From an uncultured Gammaproteobacteria bacterium (lineage in GTDB: Bacteria > Patescibacteriota > Microgenomatia > Levybacterales > GWA1-39-11): a stretch of 64,000 nucleotides of DNA. Position numbers and translations under genes: made by a program. The notes under the pieces are model-generated. The model was not told where the DNA came from. It searched no databases and saw only the letters and a list, made by a program, of their open reading frames with translations. Of the stretch, positions 16,599 through 26,484 are shown piece by piece (position 1 is the first letter of the stretch; the number at the start of each line of letters is the position of its first letter). Where the stretch lies: assembly GCA_964485575.1 (NCBI GenBank), contig CAZAJO010000002.1, positions 23,230 through 87,229 of the forward strand, given 5' to 3'.

Positions 16599-17886
16599 CA
16601 TTTTGGGCATGAACGCCCGCAATTTTCTCTATATCCGCCGCTACAATTCACCGGATGCAAAAAAGATAGCGGATGATAAATTAGAGACCAAAAACACGCT
16701 CATTCAAAATGGGATAAAAACTCCTACGCTTTTTTCTATCTTCTATGACCGGGATTCTATCAAAAATTTCGTATGGACAGACCTTCCGGAAAGAGGATTT
16801 GTCATAAAACCTGCAAGAGGATACGCCGGGGCAGGAATACTTGCAATCAGAAAGTGGGACGGCGAGGTAGGGACAACTGCAAATGGACAAACCTACACCA
16901 TAAAACAGCTTGAGTCACACATCCTTGATATTTTGGAGGGTGCGTATTCACTGAAATTTCTACCCGATAATGCTTTTATTGAAGAACGTCTCCACCCGCA
17001 TCCGTTCTTTAAAAAACTGACCGGATATGGAATTCCTGACATGAGGGTTATTGTTTTTAATAGGATCCCTGTTATGGCCATGATCCGTCTCTCGACAGAA
17101 GAGTCACATGGTAAGGCCAACCTGCATCAAGGAGCTATCGGATTTGGAATAGATATCAGAACTGGTATTACGACTCATGCAATTCTATACGACCAACAGA
17201 TATCCTATATCCCTAACACAAAAATTAAGACGAGGGGAATCAAAATTCCAAATTGGGAGGAGGTATTACTCCTTTCATCCAAAACGCAGGAGATCTCAGG
17301 GCTTGGATACGCTGGAATTGATATTGTATTTGATGGACAACAAGGTCCAATGGTCCTTGAGGTAAATGCACGTCCTGGCCTTTCAATTCAAAATGCCAAT
17401 AGAGCATCTTTGAGATCAAGGCTTGAGCGCGTTGAAAATATCATCATCCCTACCCCGGAACGTGGGGTTGAGATAGCTAAAAATCTTTTTACAGAAAGCT
17501 TCTCTGAAAAAGTCAGCATATCTCCCAAAATTTTGACCATTATCCAAGAAGTTACTTTTTATAGAAATGGTGAACCTATTACTGTCAAGGCAAAGCTTGA
17601 TACTGGTGCTTTTAGAACATCAATTGATAGAAAATTTGCAGAACTTTTAGATCTTCAGATCCTCAACGAAAAAGTCTTTGTAAAGTCAGCGAGCGGTGAA
17701 AGCTTTAGACCAACAGCAAAGACTTCTTTTATATTAGGAGGCAAAAAAATAAATACTGTGATTTCGATAGTAGACAGATCAAACCTTAAGTACCCCGTAA
17801 TTATTGGGCACAGGGATATGAAGGACTTTCTGATAAGACCGGTAAATGACCAACCGTACGATCCTGAAGATGATGTGGAAGAATAG
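16582..17886 (+). CDS. fusion protein: alpha-L-glutamate-ligase-like ATP-grasp + C-terminal retropepsin-like (putative ATP-dependent zinc protease) domain
   Basis: N-terminal RimK-related ATP-grasp: VIKPARGYAGAGI, DMRVIVF, a Gly-rich ATP loop. C-terminal aspartic-protease-like: KAKLDTGAFRTSID...VIIGHRDMKDF. Confidence 0.55.
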   Translation: MAVSRNILGMNARNFLYIRRYNSPDAKKIADDKLETKNTLIQNGIKTPTLFSIFYDRDSIKNFVWTDLPERGFVIKPARGYAGAGILAIRKWDGEVGTTANGQTYTIKQLESHILDILEGAYSLKFLPDNAFIEERLHPHPFFKKLTGYGIPDMRVIVFNRIPVMAMIRLSTEESHGKANLHQGAIGFGIDIRTGITTHAILYDQQISYIPNTKIKTRGIKIPNWEEVLLLSSKTQEISGLGYAGIDIVFDGQQGPMVLEVNARPGLSIQNANRASLRSRLERVENIIIPTPERGVEIAKNLFTESFSEKVSISPKILTIIQEVTFYRNGEPITVKAKLDTGAFRTSIDRKFAELLDLQILNEKVFVKSASGESFRPTAKTSFILGGKKINTVISIVDRSNLKYPVIIGHRDMKDFLIRPVNDQPYDPEDDVEE

Positions 17887-17897
17887 ATAAAAGAAGA

Positions 17898-18257
17898 CTA
17901 TTTCCCTTTTTGAGCTTTGATTCCGAGTGTCTTTTTAGAAACCTTTGTTACTTTCTTGACTGCTTTTTTACGAGACTTTTTCTTTTTGATCTCAATATTT
18001 TCAAGCTTTACGATAGATGGAGCATTTAAAGGAAAAATCCGGTCAACGTCCACTCCATCAATGAATTGTCTGACAGTTACCATCTTGTTGTCTCCAGCTC
18101 CTCTGGATTTCATTATCTTTCCCTGAAAAGCTACGATCCTTTCTTTTTTACCTTCAACAAATTTTTGAAAAACCTTTACAGCCATACCCGCTCGAAGATC
18201 AAGCGCTGGTTCGACAATTGATTCCGTCTTTTTTTCCATAATCGTTGTATTATACAC
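17898..18257 (-). CDS. rplS: 50S ribosomal protein L19 with Lys-rich C-terminal extension
   Basis: The L19 core RIVAFQGKIMKSRGAGDNKMVTVRQ is present. Confidence 0.7.
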   Translation of the reverse strand: MYNTTIMEKKTESIVEPALDLRAGMAVKVFQKFVEGKKERIVAFQGKIMKSRGAGDNKMVTVRQFIDGVDVDRIFPLNAPSIVKLENIEIKKKKSRKKAVKKVTKVSKKTLGIKAQKGK

Positions 18258-18282
18258 AAATGAGGCTCAAAGAACAAGATTC

Positions 18283-19950
18283 TTATTTACTCGCGGCTTT
18301 GAGGAATTCGACAAAAAGAGGATGAGGACTCATTGGTCTACTTTTATATTCCGGGTGTCCCTGGGTCCCCATAAAGAATGGGTGCGTGCTTTTTGGAAGC
18401 TCAATAATCTCAACTAAGTTTTCGACAACAGAGCGGGCTGATATAACAAGCCCTGCTTTTTCAATCTCAGGTGCAAACTCATTATTGAACTCGTATCGGT
18501 GTCTATGTCTTTCAGATGTAAGACCGGTCTTTTCATTCTTCATGAGTTTTGCTTTTTTGTATATTTCAAAAGCCCGCGTCCCTTTTTTGACTATCGCATC
18601 CCAACTACCTAGCCTCATCGTACCCCCATATGCACGTCGAGCCATAAGCTCTTTTTGATTTTCGATCATGTGTATCACCGGGTGTTTTGATTTAGGGTCA
18701 TTTTCGGTAGTATTTGCGTCCTTCCACCCCAAAATGTGTCTAGCAAACCCAACGACTGCAAGTTGCATCCCGTAACAAAGCCCCAAATACGGAATCTTTT
18801 TGTCTAAAGCGTACTCAGCAGCTTGTATCATGCCTTCTGACCCTCTCTCTCCCCAACCAATCGGCACTATAATTCCATCAGGCTTTCCTATCGCAGACTC
18901 TGACCCTTCTTTTTCTACTTTTTCAGCATTTACCCAACGGGTTACCACCTCAACATTTGCTCCCCAGGAAGCATGCTCAATAGCATCAAGTAGTGCTGCG
19001 TATGAATCTCTCAACTGGTACTCCCCTGTCCCAAAATATTTTCCAACGATTGCAATCTCAATTGTTGAGGCTTTCGGCTTTTTTATGTTCTCAACCATTT
19101 TTTCCCATTGTGAAATAGCTGGTTTTTTTGCAGGAAGTCCTAATTTAAGAAAAATTCTTTTCTCAAGCCCTTGCTTGTGTAAAATCATTGGGATTTCATA
19201 AACAGTCTCAAGATCCGGATTTGAGATAATGTCCTCTGGGTGCATATTGCAAAAAAGCGCGAAGCGGTCACGTCTTCTCTGATCCAAATATCTTGTAGAT
19301 CGGGCGATAATAAAGTCAGGCTGAATCCCCATGGAATTTAAAGTTCTTACCGATAACTGGGTGGGTTTTGTCTTGGGTTCTCCCAAATGTTGAGGGGTTG
19401 GAACATAACTTACATGGACATGAACAACGTCTCCAGGATTTTTGAGCGTCATGATTCGGGAGGCTTCATAGTAAAAAATATTTTGATACTCACCTGCTGT
19501 TCCACCAAGTTCTATGACGACTATGTCAGCTTTACTTTCTTTTGCTACATGATTGATCCTCGCGATAATCTCATCTGTTATGTGGGGAATAGCCTCTACA
19601 TCCTCTCCGTTGTATTCAAATCGTCTTTCCCGATCTATAACTGTCTGATAAATTCTCCCCATCGTGACAAAATTATTTTTGCCCATATCCTCATTGAGGA
19701 ATTTTTCGTATGACCCGATATCCATGTCTGCTTCCGTTCCATCTTCACAAAGAAATGGATCCCCATGCTCTATCGGATTTATTGTTCCAGCATCCAAATT
19801 AAGATAGTTTTCAAATTTTATGGGAGCTATTTTGTACCCTGCTGATTTTAGAAGAAATGAGATTGAAGAAGCTGTGAGACCTTTTCCTATTCCGGATATT
19901 ACTCCTCCGGACACGAAAATAAATTTTGTTCTCTTTTTTGTGAGCGGCAC
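18283..19950 (-). CDS. pyrG: CTP synthase
   Basis: The N-terminal synthetase KFIFVSGGVISGIGKG and the C-terminal GATase GLCYGMQLAV with conserved His/Glu are present. 555 aa. Confidence 0.85.
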   Translation of the reverse strand: MPLTKKRTKFIFVSGGVISGIGKGLTASSISFLLKSAGYKIAPIKFENYLNLDAGTINPIEHGDPFLCEDGTEADMDIGSYEKFLNEDMGKNNFVTMGRIYQTVIDRERRFEYNGEDVEAIPHITDEIIARINHVAKESKADIVVIELGGTAGEYQNIFYYEASRIMTLKNPGDVVHVHVSYVPTPQHLGEPKTKPTQLSVRTLNSMGIQPDFIIARSTRYLDQRRRDRFALFCNMHPEDIISNPDLETVYEIPMILHKQGLEKRIFLKLGLPAKKPAISQWEKMVENIKKPKASTIEIAIVGKYFGTGEYQLRDSYAALLDAIEHASWGANVEVVTRWVNAEKVEKEGSESAIGKPDGIIVPIGWGERGSEGMIQAAEYALDKKIPYLGLCYGMQLAVVGFARHILGWKDANTTENDPKSKHPVIHMIENQKELMARRAYGGTMRLGSWDAIVKKGTRAFEIYKKAKLMKNEKTGLTSERHRHRYEFNNEFAPEIEKAGLVISARSVVENLVEIIELPKSTHPFFMGTQGHPEYKSRPMSPHPLFVEFLKAASK

Positions 19951-20002
19951 GATTTATACTATCAAATCGGGAAAATCGTGTCAACAGGAAGTTTTATTTC
20001 CT

Positions 20003-20356
20003 CTATTTAGCGGCTTCTGATTGCTCATTTGCGGACAACTCAATCATCTTTAACTTGTCTCGCTTCTCGTTAGTTTTATTCCATTCTTCAACCAGCTTGT
20101 TGTTCTTGGTGATAAGTCCGTCGGCGCTAATTCCGGCTGATGTTTCTTGATTTTCTTTAAAAACAACTTTTTGTGTATCTATCCTTCCGGCTTTAAATAA
20201 GAAAAATGCACCGGCACCTCCAAGGATAACTGAGGGGATCAGTAAAAGCGCGCTTCGCGTTCCATCATTTGCCCCCTGAAAATAAAAGAAAGCAACACCA
20301 ATACCACATATAAAAAGAGAAAATCCTACGAATGTAAATAGTATAACTTTCTTCAC
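20003..20356 (-). CDS. small membrane protein, paralog A (2 TM + charged tail)
   Basis: 117 aa. The C-terminal motif NEKRDKLKMIE is shared with the neighbouring ORF. Confidence 0.4.
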   Translation of the reverse strand: MKKVILFTFVGFSLFICGIGVAFFYFQGANDGTRSALLLIPSVILGGAGAFFLFKAGRIDTQKVVFKENQETSAGISADGLITKNNKLVEEWNKTNEKRDKLKMIELSANEQSEAAK

Positions 20357-20395
20357 AGTTGTTAAAGAATAGTAAAAATTGAGAGTCTTTGCAAT

Positions 20396-20713
20396 CTATG
20401 TCTCGATGTGTTTTATGGCTTTTAGCTTGTCACGCATCCTTGAATGCTTTTCGAAAGAACTGATAATGTCTTTGTGCCGTGAAAGAAGAGTCTCTCCATT
20501 GTTACTATTTGTAGGCTCTGAGAGAATAGTTCTAGTGTGATCTTGTCTTCCGGACCTGAAAAGAAGAACGACACCCATAACTAAAAGAATAAGAGCGATA
20601 ACAACTGAGATGACGGATAAATGTACTGGATCAGCCAGATTTATGTACAACAAGTAAAAACCAAAAATGGCAATTGTAAAGCTTAGGATGGTCTCAGAAA
20701 CCCTTCTTCTCAT
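20396..20713 (-). CDS. small membrane protein, paralog B (2 TM + charged tail)
   Basis: 105 aa. The C-terminal motif HSRMRDKLKAIKH parallels paralog A. Its stop abuts tRNA-Gly. Confidence 0.4.
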   Translation of the reverse strand: MRRRVSETILSFTIAIFGFYLLYINLADPVHLSVISVVIALILLVMGVVLLFRSGRQDHTRTILSEPTNSNNGETLLSRHKDIISSFEKHSRMRDKLKAIKHIET

Positions 20714-20714
20714 G

Positions 20715-20785
20715 AGCGGGGTACCAGAATCGAACTGGCTTCTCTACCTTGGGAAGGTAGCATACTACCGGTATACTAACCCCGC
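20715..20785 (-). tRNA. tRNA-Gly (anticodon CCC)
   Basis: Reverse complement: GCGGGGTTAGTATACCGGTAGTATGCTACCTTCCCAAGGTAGAGAAGCCAGTTCGATTCTGGTACCCCGCT. The acceptor stem GCGGGGT/ACCCCGC is perfect. The anticodon loop is TTCCCAA. Confidence 0.75.
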
Positions 20786-20819
20786 TTGTGCAAAAGTTTG
20801 TATAGCGGCAAGCTTTGGC

Positions 20820-20839
20820 TTACCGGTATACTAACCCCG
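20820..20839. repeat. 20-nt direct repeat of the tRNA-Gly 5' end, 34 bp upstream of the tRNA
   Basis: taccggtatactaaccccgc at 20820-20839 is identical to 20766-20785, which is inside the tRNA. It is flanked by inverted CTTGTG/CACAAG. Confidence 0.7.
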
Positions 20840-20919
20840 CGAACACAAGATATAGTATATCAAATAGCTTTTTGTAACTACTCTCGAAGAGAGCAACGTT
20901 CTTGCTGGAAGCAAGGTTG

Positions 20920-21546
20920 TTACGGTCTTGGAAGATTTAATACATTGCCTGAAAATATAAGTCCTGGATTTTCCAACTTATTCGTATTTGCAATGTCTGT
21001 CCATCTATACCCATCTCCATATGCTCTGACAGCGATATCCCAAAGATTATCATCCCTAACAACAGTGTAAGTTGCTCCAGTTATACTTGTGGCTCCAACA
21101 GGTGCTGCACCAGTTGTTGGTGGTGCCATAGTCTGTTGAGTCGACTCTTGCTGCATTACTACAGTTTTGTCGACAGTTGGAATAATAAGTTTGGTCCCGC
21201 TAGACAGCGCTTCTGGGCTTGTTATGTTATTTGCTTCCGCAATAAGGTGCCATTTAAATCCGTCGTTGTAGGATTTTTCTGCGATACTCCATAACGTTTC
21301 GCCTTCTTGTACCGTGTAACTGTTGTCATTGATTTTCTGAACTGTATTTTGTGTCATTGCTGCCTCATCATCAATTTGAGCTCTATTTTGCGAAAGAGAT
21401 TTGATGCCAAGCGCAATCACGACAAAAAGTACTACGACGGTGACGATCCCGTAAATCAAACTCTTGTAAGAATCTGATCCCTTCATAAGCGTTGTGACAC
21501 TAAATGATTCGTCTAATATTGATTGTTTTGTTTTCTTTGTAAGCAT
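20920..21546 (-). CDS. membrane-anchored protein with two LysM peptidoglycan-binding domains
   Basis: An N-terminal TM is followed by two LysM repeats: YTVQEGETLWSIAEKSY...GTKLIIP and YTVVRDDNLWDIAVRAY...GNVLNLP. The ORF was trimmed to the Met downstream of tRNA-Asp. Confidence 0.6.
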   Translation of the reverse strand: MLTKKTKQSILDESFSVTTLMKGSDSYKSLIYGIVTVVVLFVVIALGIKSLSQNRAQIDDEAAMTQNTVQKINDNSYTVQEGETLWSIAEKSYNDGFKWHLIAEANNITSPEALSSGTKLIIPTVDKTVVMQQESTQQTMAPPTTGAAPVGATSITGATYTVVRDDNLWDIAVRAYGDGYRWTDIANTNKLENPGLIFSGNVLNLPRP

Positions 21547-21616
21547 ACTATTACTCCTCTCTGGGCAAGAATGTGGCAGTGGACAGCGGGCATTGTGGCA
21601 GTGGCAGGTACTTTTG

Positions 21617-21690
21617 CGGGGTGAACGGGACTCAAACCCGCGACCTCTTCCGTGACAGGGAAGCGCTCTAATCAACTGAGCTACCACCCC
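21617..21690 (-). tRNA. tRNA-Asp (anticodon GTC)
   Basis: Reverse complement: GGGGTGGTAGCTCAGTTGATTAGAGCGCTTCCCTGTCACGGAAGAGGTCGCGGGTTTGAGTCCCGTTCACCCCG. The anticodon loop is CTGTCAC. Confidence 0.75.
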
Positions 21691-21860
21691 AAGAGTTGCA
21701 CTCTTGGGGTGGAGGAAGGATCTAAAAGATCCTGACTACCACCCTTGGGTGGCCCTTCCGAACTACCCTGAGACTAACAACTTCTGGTTCAGTTATTCTA
21801 CCATCCTCCTCACCGTCCAGTCAATAGCCTCAAAATCATTTTGTATGATATTATATTTTT

Positions 21861-23630
21861 ATGAAATCGTTTACGAATGAAGAGATTGCTAGACTCTTAA
21901 GGCAAGTCGCAGCTTCATATACAATTCAAAATGAGGCCAAATATAGATTTCAAATACTTGCATACCAAAAGGCTGCCGATTCTATTGAAACCGCTAGCAC
22001 AGAAATAAAAGACCTACTACAAGACAATGCATTAGACAAACTTGACGGTGTCGGAACAAGCATAAAAGGACATATCACAGAACTGTTTGAGAAAGGACAC
22101 GTTGAATACTTCGATTCCATTCTTGAGGGTGTTTCTCCTGCTGTATTCCCTCTTCTTGATATACCTTCTTTTGGACCCAAGAAGGCATATAAGATAGTTT
22201 CTGCATTTAGTCTGGATGATCCAAAAACAGTAATTACAGACGTATACAATTTAGCCAAAGAAGGTAAGATTGCACCTCTTGATAGCTTTGGTGACAAATC
22301 CCAAAGTGACATAATCCGTGCTATTGATGAATACAGATTAGGTAAAACTAAATCCTCAAGGATGATATTGGCTATGGCCATGGAGATTTCGGATACTATG
22401 CTTTCCTACCTCAAAAAAGACAAGAATGTCTTGGAAGCATACACGCTTGGCAGCCTCAGACGCATGAAGTCGACGACCGGAGACATCGATATTGCAGTCA
22501 GCTCAAACAACCCGAATGCAGTTCTGGACCATTTCAATGCATATCCATATAAAGACAGGATAATTGAACGTGGGGATATCACTTCTTCCATAATACTTTC
22601 GGGAAACAAGCAGATTGACCTTATGGTACTAAAGCCAGAGATGATGGGTTCTTTACTTCAACATTTCAGTGGAAGCAAAGAACATAACGTTCACCTTCGA
22701 GAATATGCCCTCAAAAAAGGCTATTCACTATCCGAGAAAGGCATAAAAATGAAGGATGGAACACTTAAGACTTTTGATAATGAAGAGAAATTTTACAATT
22801 TTCTTGGCTTAGACTTTGTGCCACCGGAACTTCGGGAGAACCAAGGGGAGATCGAAGCAGCAATAAAACACACTTTACCAAAACTAATAGAGCTAGACGA
22901 CATCAAGGGAGATTTTCATATACATTCGGATTATCCTATTGAGCCGAGTCATGATCTTGGCAAAAACTCAATGCAGGAAATGATAGATAGAGCTATTCAA
23001 TTGAAATACGAGTATCTAGGATTTTCAGAACACAATCCAAGTGTAGGTAACCATTCAAATGAACAAATTTTTTCTATACTTAAAAAAAGGTGGGAAAAAA
23101 TTGAACAACTTAAAGAGAGTAACAAAAGTATACATATAATTAATTTACTCGAAGTCGACATTTTAGCTAATGGGAAGCTTGCGCTTGATGATAAGGCTTT
23201 GGATCTGACAGACATGGTAATAGTGTCTATCCATAGCTCTTTTAGAACGCCAAAAAAAGAGATGACCAAAAGAATTCTGTCAGGATTGTCACATAAAAAA
23301 GCTAAAATCTTTGCCCATCCATCAGGACGACTCATCAATTCCAGAGACCCATATGAAGTGGACTGGAAAGAGTTATTCTCGTTTGTAAAGGAGAACAACA
23401 AAGCACTTGAGATCAACTCTTGGCCTACAAGGCTTGATCTGTCAGATACGCTTGTCAAAGAAGCAAAGGATATGGGAATACGCTTTGTAATTAACACAGA
23501 TAGTCATGCTACAGAACACATGGATAATATGCCATATGGAGTTGCTGTCGCCAGACGTGGATGGTGCGAAAAGAAAGATATCATAAATACACTTCCCTAC
23601 AAAGAACTTGCTGATTGGATCGCAAGTTAA
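21861..23630 (+). CDS. polX: family X DNA polymerase with C-terminal PHP phosphoesterase domain
   Basis: The Pol-beta-like nucleotidyltransferase motif [17 protein letters not shown] is present. The PHP histidine cluster reads DFHIHSDY...FSEHN. 589 aa. Confidence 0.7.
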   Translation: MKSFTNEEIARLLRQVAASYTIQNEAKYRFQILAYQKAADSIETASTEIKDLLQDNALDKLDGVGTSIKGHITELFEKGHVEYFDSILEGVSPAVFPLLDIPSFGPKKAYKIVSAFSLDDPKTVITDVYNLAKEGKIAPLDSFGDKSQSDIIRAIDEYRLGKTKSSRMILAMAMEISDTMLSYLKKDKNVLEAYTLGSLRRMKSTTGDIDIAVSSNNPNAVLDHFNAYPYKDRIIERGDITSSIILSGNKQIDLMVLKPEMMGSLLQHFSGSKEHNVHLREYALKKGYSLSEKGIKMKDGTLKTFDNEEKFYNFLGLDFVPPELRENQGEIEAAIKHTLPKLIELDDIKGDFHIHSDYPIEPSHDLGKNSMQEMIDRAIQLKYEYLGFSEHNPSVGNHSNEQIFSILKKRWEKIEQLKESNKSIHIINLLEVDILANGKLALDDKALDLTDMVIVSIHSSFRTPKKEMTKRILSGLSHKKAKIFAHPSGRLINSRDPYEVDWKELFSFVKENNKALEINSWPTRLDLSDTLVKEAKDMGIRFVINTDSHATEHMDNMPYGVAVARRGWCEKKDIINTLPYKELADWIAS

Positions 23631-23677
23631 TACTACGGTTTATTTATTTTGATTTAAACAATGACTTGTGTCATAAT

Positions 23678-24241
23678 ATGGTTAGTATGAATCTAATAAT
23701 CGGAATCGTCATATTTTTTATCGTTGCCATCGTCGCTTACGTTTGGCTTTCTTACAATTCGCTAGTCACTCTCAATGAAAGAATAAAGGAGGCTATCAGC
23801 GGAATTGATGTACAACTCAAAAGAAGAACTGATCTTATTCCAAATCTTGTAGAAACCGTAAAAGGTTATGCAAAGCATGAGAAAGAGGTTTTCGAAAATG
23901 TTACCAAGGCAAGGTCTGCTATGATGAAGGCTGAAGGTCCTCAGGAAAAGGGCAAAGCTTCCGACATGTTAACCGGAGCTCTAAAGAGTCTTTTTGCAGT
24001 TGCAGAAGCTTATCCAAATCTTCAGGCTAGTGAAAATTTCAAAGAACTTCAAGATGAACTATCAGACACTGAGAACAAGATCTCATACTCAAGACAATTC
24101 TATAATTCTAATGTTTTGGCATACAACACGAAAATAAAGATGTTCCCTTCTTCTCTTATTGCCCGCCAATTCGGGTTTTCTGAAAAAGAATTCTTCGAAT
24201 CAGAAGAATCAGACAAAAAACCGGTTAAGGTGACCTTCTAA
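23678..24241 (+). CDS. lemA: LemA family membrane protein
   Basis: An N-terminal TM is followed by conserved LemA stretches: [22 protein letters not shown]...[13 protein letters not shown]. The start was trimmed to an internal Met. Confidence 0.65.
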   Translation: MVSMNLIIGIVIFFIVAIVAYVWLSYNSLVTLNERIKEAISGIDVQLKRRTDLIPNLVETVKGYAKHEKEVFENVTKARSAMMKAEGPQEKGKASDMLTGALKSLFAVAEAYPNLQASENFKELQDELSDTENKISYSRQFYNSNVLAYNTKIKMFPSSLIARQFGFSEKEFFESEESDKKPVKVTF

Positions 24242-24281
24242 CACCTCAAGGTCATCCCGTTCTGTGCGGGATCCATAACAC

Positions 24282-25181
24282 ATGACAATTTATTCAACAA
24301 TTGGTTCTAACAAAAGAAAAACGTGGTTTCTGATTATTTTTTTCATGATATTTTTCTTTCTCGTTTCTTATGTCTTGGGTAGAGCACTGGGATACGGATC
24401 TTCCCTTGCAGGAATCATGCTTATTATCTCAGGAATCATGTCTTTTGCCTCTTACTACTATTCAGACAAGATCGTTCTTTCTATGTCAGGGGCACAACCA
24501 GCTGATGAAAAAAAACATAGAGATCTGATAGAAAGCGTTGAGAATCTTTCCATTGCCTCAGGTCTACCAAAACCAAGGGTTTATGTTGTAAACGACCCAG
24601 CACCGAATGCTTTTGCAACAGGGCGGGACCCTCACCATGCAGCGGTTGTTGCTACAACCGGAATCCTAGAAAAGTTGTCCAAATCAGAGCTTGAGGGAGT
24701 TATCGGACATGAACTATCCCATGTTAAGAATTACGATACCAGACTTATGGGGGTTGTCAGTATATTGGCTGGATCAATTGTCATCCTTTCCGATTTTTTT
24801 ATGAGAAGTCTTTGGTGGGGTGGACGTGACCGAGACCGCAACAGTTCAAGTGGAATTTTTCTCATTATTGGTCTTGCCGCTGCTATCCTTGCCCCAATTG
24901 GTGCAACGCTTATACAGCTAGCGATATCTAGAAGGCGCGAATATTTGGCCGATGCTGATGGAGCACTTCTCACGCGTTACCCGGAAGGGCTTGCTCGTGC
25001 ACTTGAAAAGATATCTACCGACAGAAATGTGTTAAAACACGCATCTAATGCAACAGCACATTTGTATATTGAGAATCCCTTCAAAGCCGATTCTAAAAGG
25101 AAATCCAATTCTTTTCTTACTGGACTCTTCTCCACACATCCCCCGATTGAAGAGAGAGTCAAGTTACTGCGGAATATGTAG
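24282..25181 (+). CDS. htpX: HtpX-like M48 zinc metalloprotease
   Basis: HEXXH is present as GVIGHELSHV. There are four TM segments. The downstream conserved motif reads EYLADADGALLT. Confidence 0.7.
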   Translation: MTIYSTIGSNKRKTWFLIIFFMIFFFLVSYVLGRALGYGSSLAGIMLIISGIMSFASYYYSDKIVLSMSGAQPADEKKHRDLIESVENLSIASGLPKPRVYVVNDPAPNAFATGRDPHHAAVVATTGILEKLSKSELEGVIGHELSHVKNYDTRLMGVVSILAGSIVILSDFFMRSLWWGGRDRDRNSSSGIFLIIGLAAAILAPIGATLIQLAISRRREYLADADGALLTRYPEGLARALEKISTDRNVLKHASNATAHLYIENPFKADSKRKSNSFLTGLFSTHPPIEERVKLLRNM

Positions 25182-25203
25182 CTACTCCTGGTATAATTAA
25201 CTC

Positions 25204-26484
25204 ATGCGTCACTCACTTCTCGCGGGAAAGGTAGTTGCTAAAGTGTCCAAAATGCAAGGTAGATCCGGGTCTACATGGCCGGGTCACGTAGCTTTAAAGA
25301 CAGATAAAGCCTTTATCAGAAAAGTAATTTCCAAAAACCCAGATCTTAAAGTCATTCTCGTAGCAGGGACAAATGGCAAGACAACGACTACAAAGGCTCT
25401 TTGTCATATATTGCAGACGAATGATATTTCAGTCATTACTAACAATGCAGGTGCAAATCTCCTCAATGGTCTTGCCTCTACTCTTGTTCTAAAATCCGAT
25501 CTGACAGGAAAAATAAAAGAAAAGGTATTAATTTTTGAAGTAGATGAAAACTCATTGCCCCTCGTTCTCTCTGAAATACCTAATCCATCAGCCATAATTT
25601 TACTAAATCTTTTCAGAGATCAATTAGATAGATATGGGGAAGTAAATGCAACTTCCGAGAAATGGACCACCTCCATAAAAAAACTTTCTGAAAAAACGCT
25701 CGTTGTCGCAAACTCAGACGACCCACAAATTGCACATGTTGCAAGCTTTGCAAAAAACAAAGCTTATTTTACCATCGACAATACCTTTAAAAAGGGGACA
25801 TTACTTTCCCATGCGGTTGATTCAACAACCTGTCCTGTTTGTAACCACTCCCTAACCTACTCTGGTATCTCTTATTCTCATTTGGGTAACTACAAATGCA
25901 GCAATTGTCAATTCTCAAATCCAAAAGCAAAATACTATTCTTTCAAAACAAATCTTATGGGATCGTACAACATATATAACCTAACATCTGTCATTCTTAC
26001 AATAGACAAAATATTTGGGATACTACCCTTCACTTCAATAGAATCATTAATATCGTTCAAGGCGGCATTTGGCAGACAAGAAATTATTGAAGTTGAAGGA
26101 AAACGAGTAATGTTATTACTCTCCAAAAACCCTACCGGATTTAATGAAAGCCTAAAAGTAGCTATTGAGAACAAAAGTAGTACACTTCTTATTTTGCTGA
26201 ACGATAGGATCCCAGATGGACGGGATATTTCATGGATATGGGATGTAGATTTTGAGATGCTGACTGAAAAAGAAATAACGGTAATTGTTTCTGGAGACCG
26301 CTCATATGATATGGCAAATAGACTTTTGTTTGCGAATGTCACCCATGAAGTATTTGAAAACTTTGAGACGGCTTACGAAGAAAGCTTGAAACAAACACCC
26401 ATTGGCAAAATACTTACAATTTTACCAACTTACTCTGCCATGCTTGAAGTCAGAAAACTAATCAGTGGAAAGGCAATCTTATGA
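25204..26484 (+). CDS. murT: lipid II isoglutaminyl synthase, Mur-ligase-like subunit MurT
   Basis: The Mur ligase P-loop VAGTNGKTTTTKAL is present. A MurT-specific Cys4 zinc ribbon reads CPVCNHSL...CSNCQF. A C-terminal DUF1727-like region follows. The N-terminal region aligns well with Staphylococcus MurT as recalled from established knowledge. Confidence 0.75.
   Translation: MRHSLLAGKVVAKVSKMQGRSGSTWPGHVALKTDKAFIRKVISKNPDLKVILVAGTNGKTTTTKALCHILQTNDISVITNNAGANLLNGLASTLVLKSDLTGKIKEKVLIFEVDENSLPLVLSEIPNPSAIILLNLFRDQLDRYGEVNATSEKWTTSIKKLSEKTLVVANSDDPQIAHVASFAKNKAYFTIDNTFKKGTLLSHAVDSTTCPVCNHSLTYSGISYSHLGNYKCSNCQFSNPKAKYYSFKTNLMGSYNIYNLTSVILTIDKIFGILPFTSIESLISFKAAFGRQEIIEVEGKRVMLLLSKNPTGFNESLKVAIENKSSTLLILLNDRIPDGRDISWIWDVDFEMLTEKEITVIVSGDRSYDMANRLLFANVTHEVFENFETAYEESLKQTPIGKILTILPTYSAMLEVRKLISGKAIL

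Noticed and set aside
21547-21687. 5' extension of the LysM ORF (MVAQLIRALPCHGRG...)
   Set aside because: It runs through tRNA-Asp on the same strand. It was trimmed to the Met at 21546, which is followed by a TM helix.
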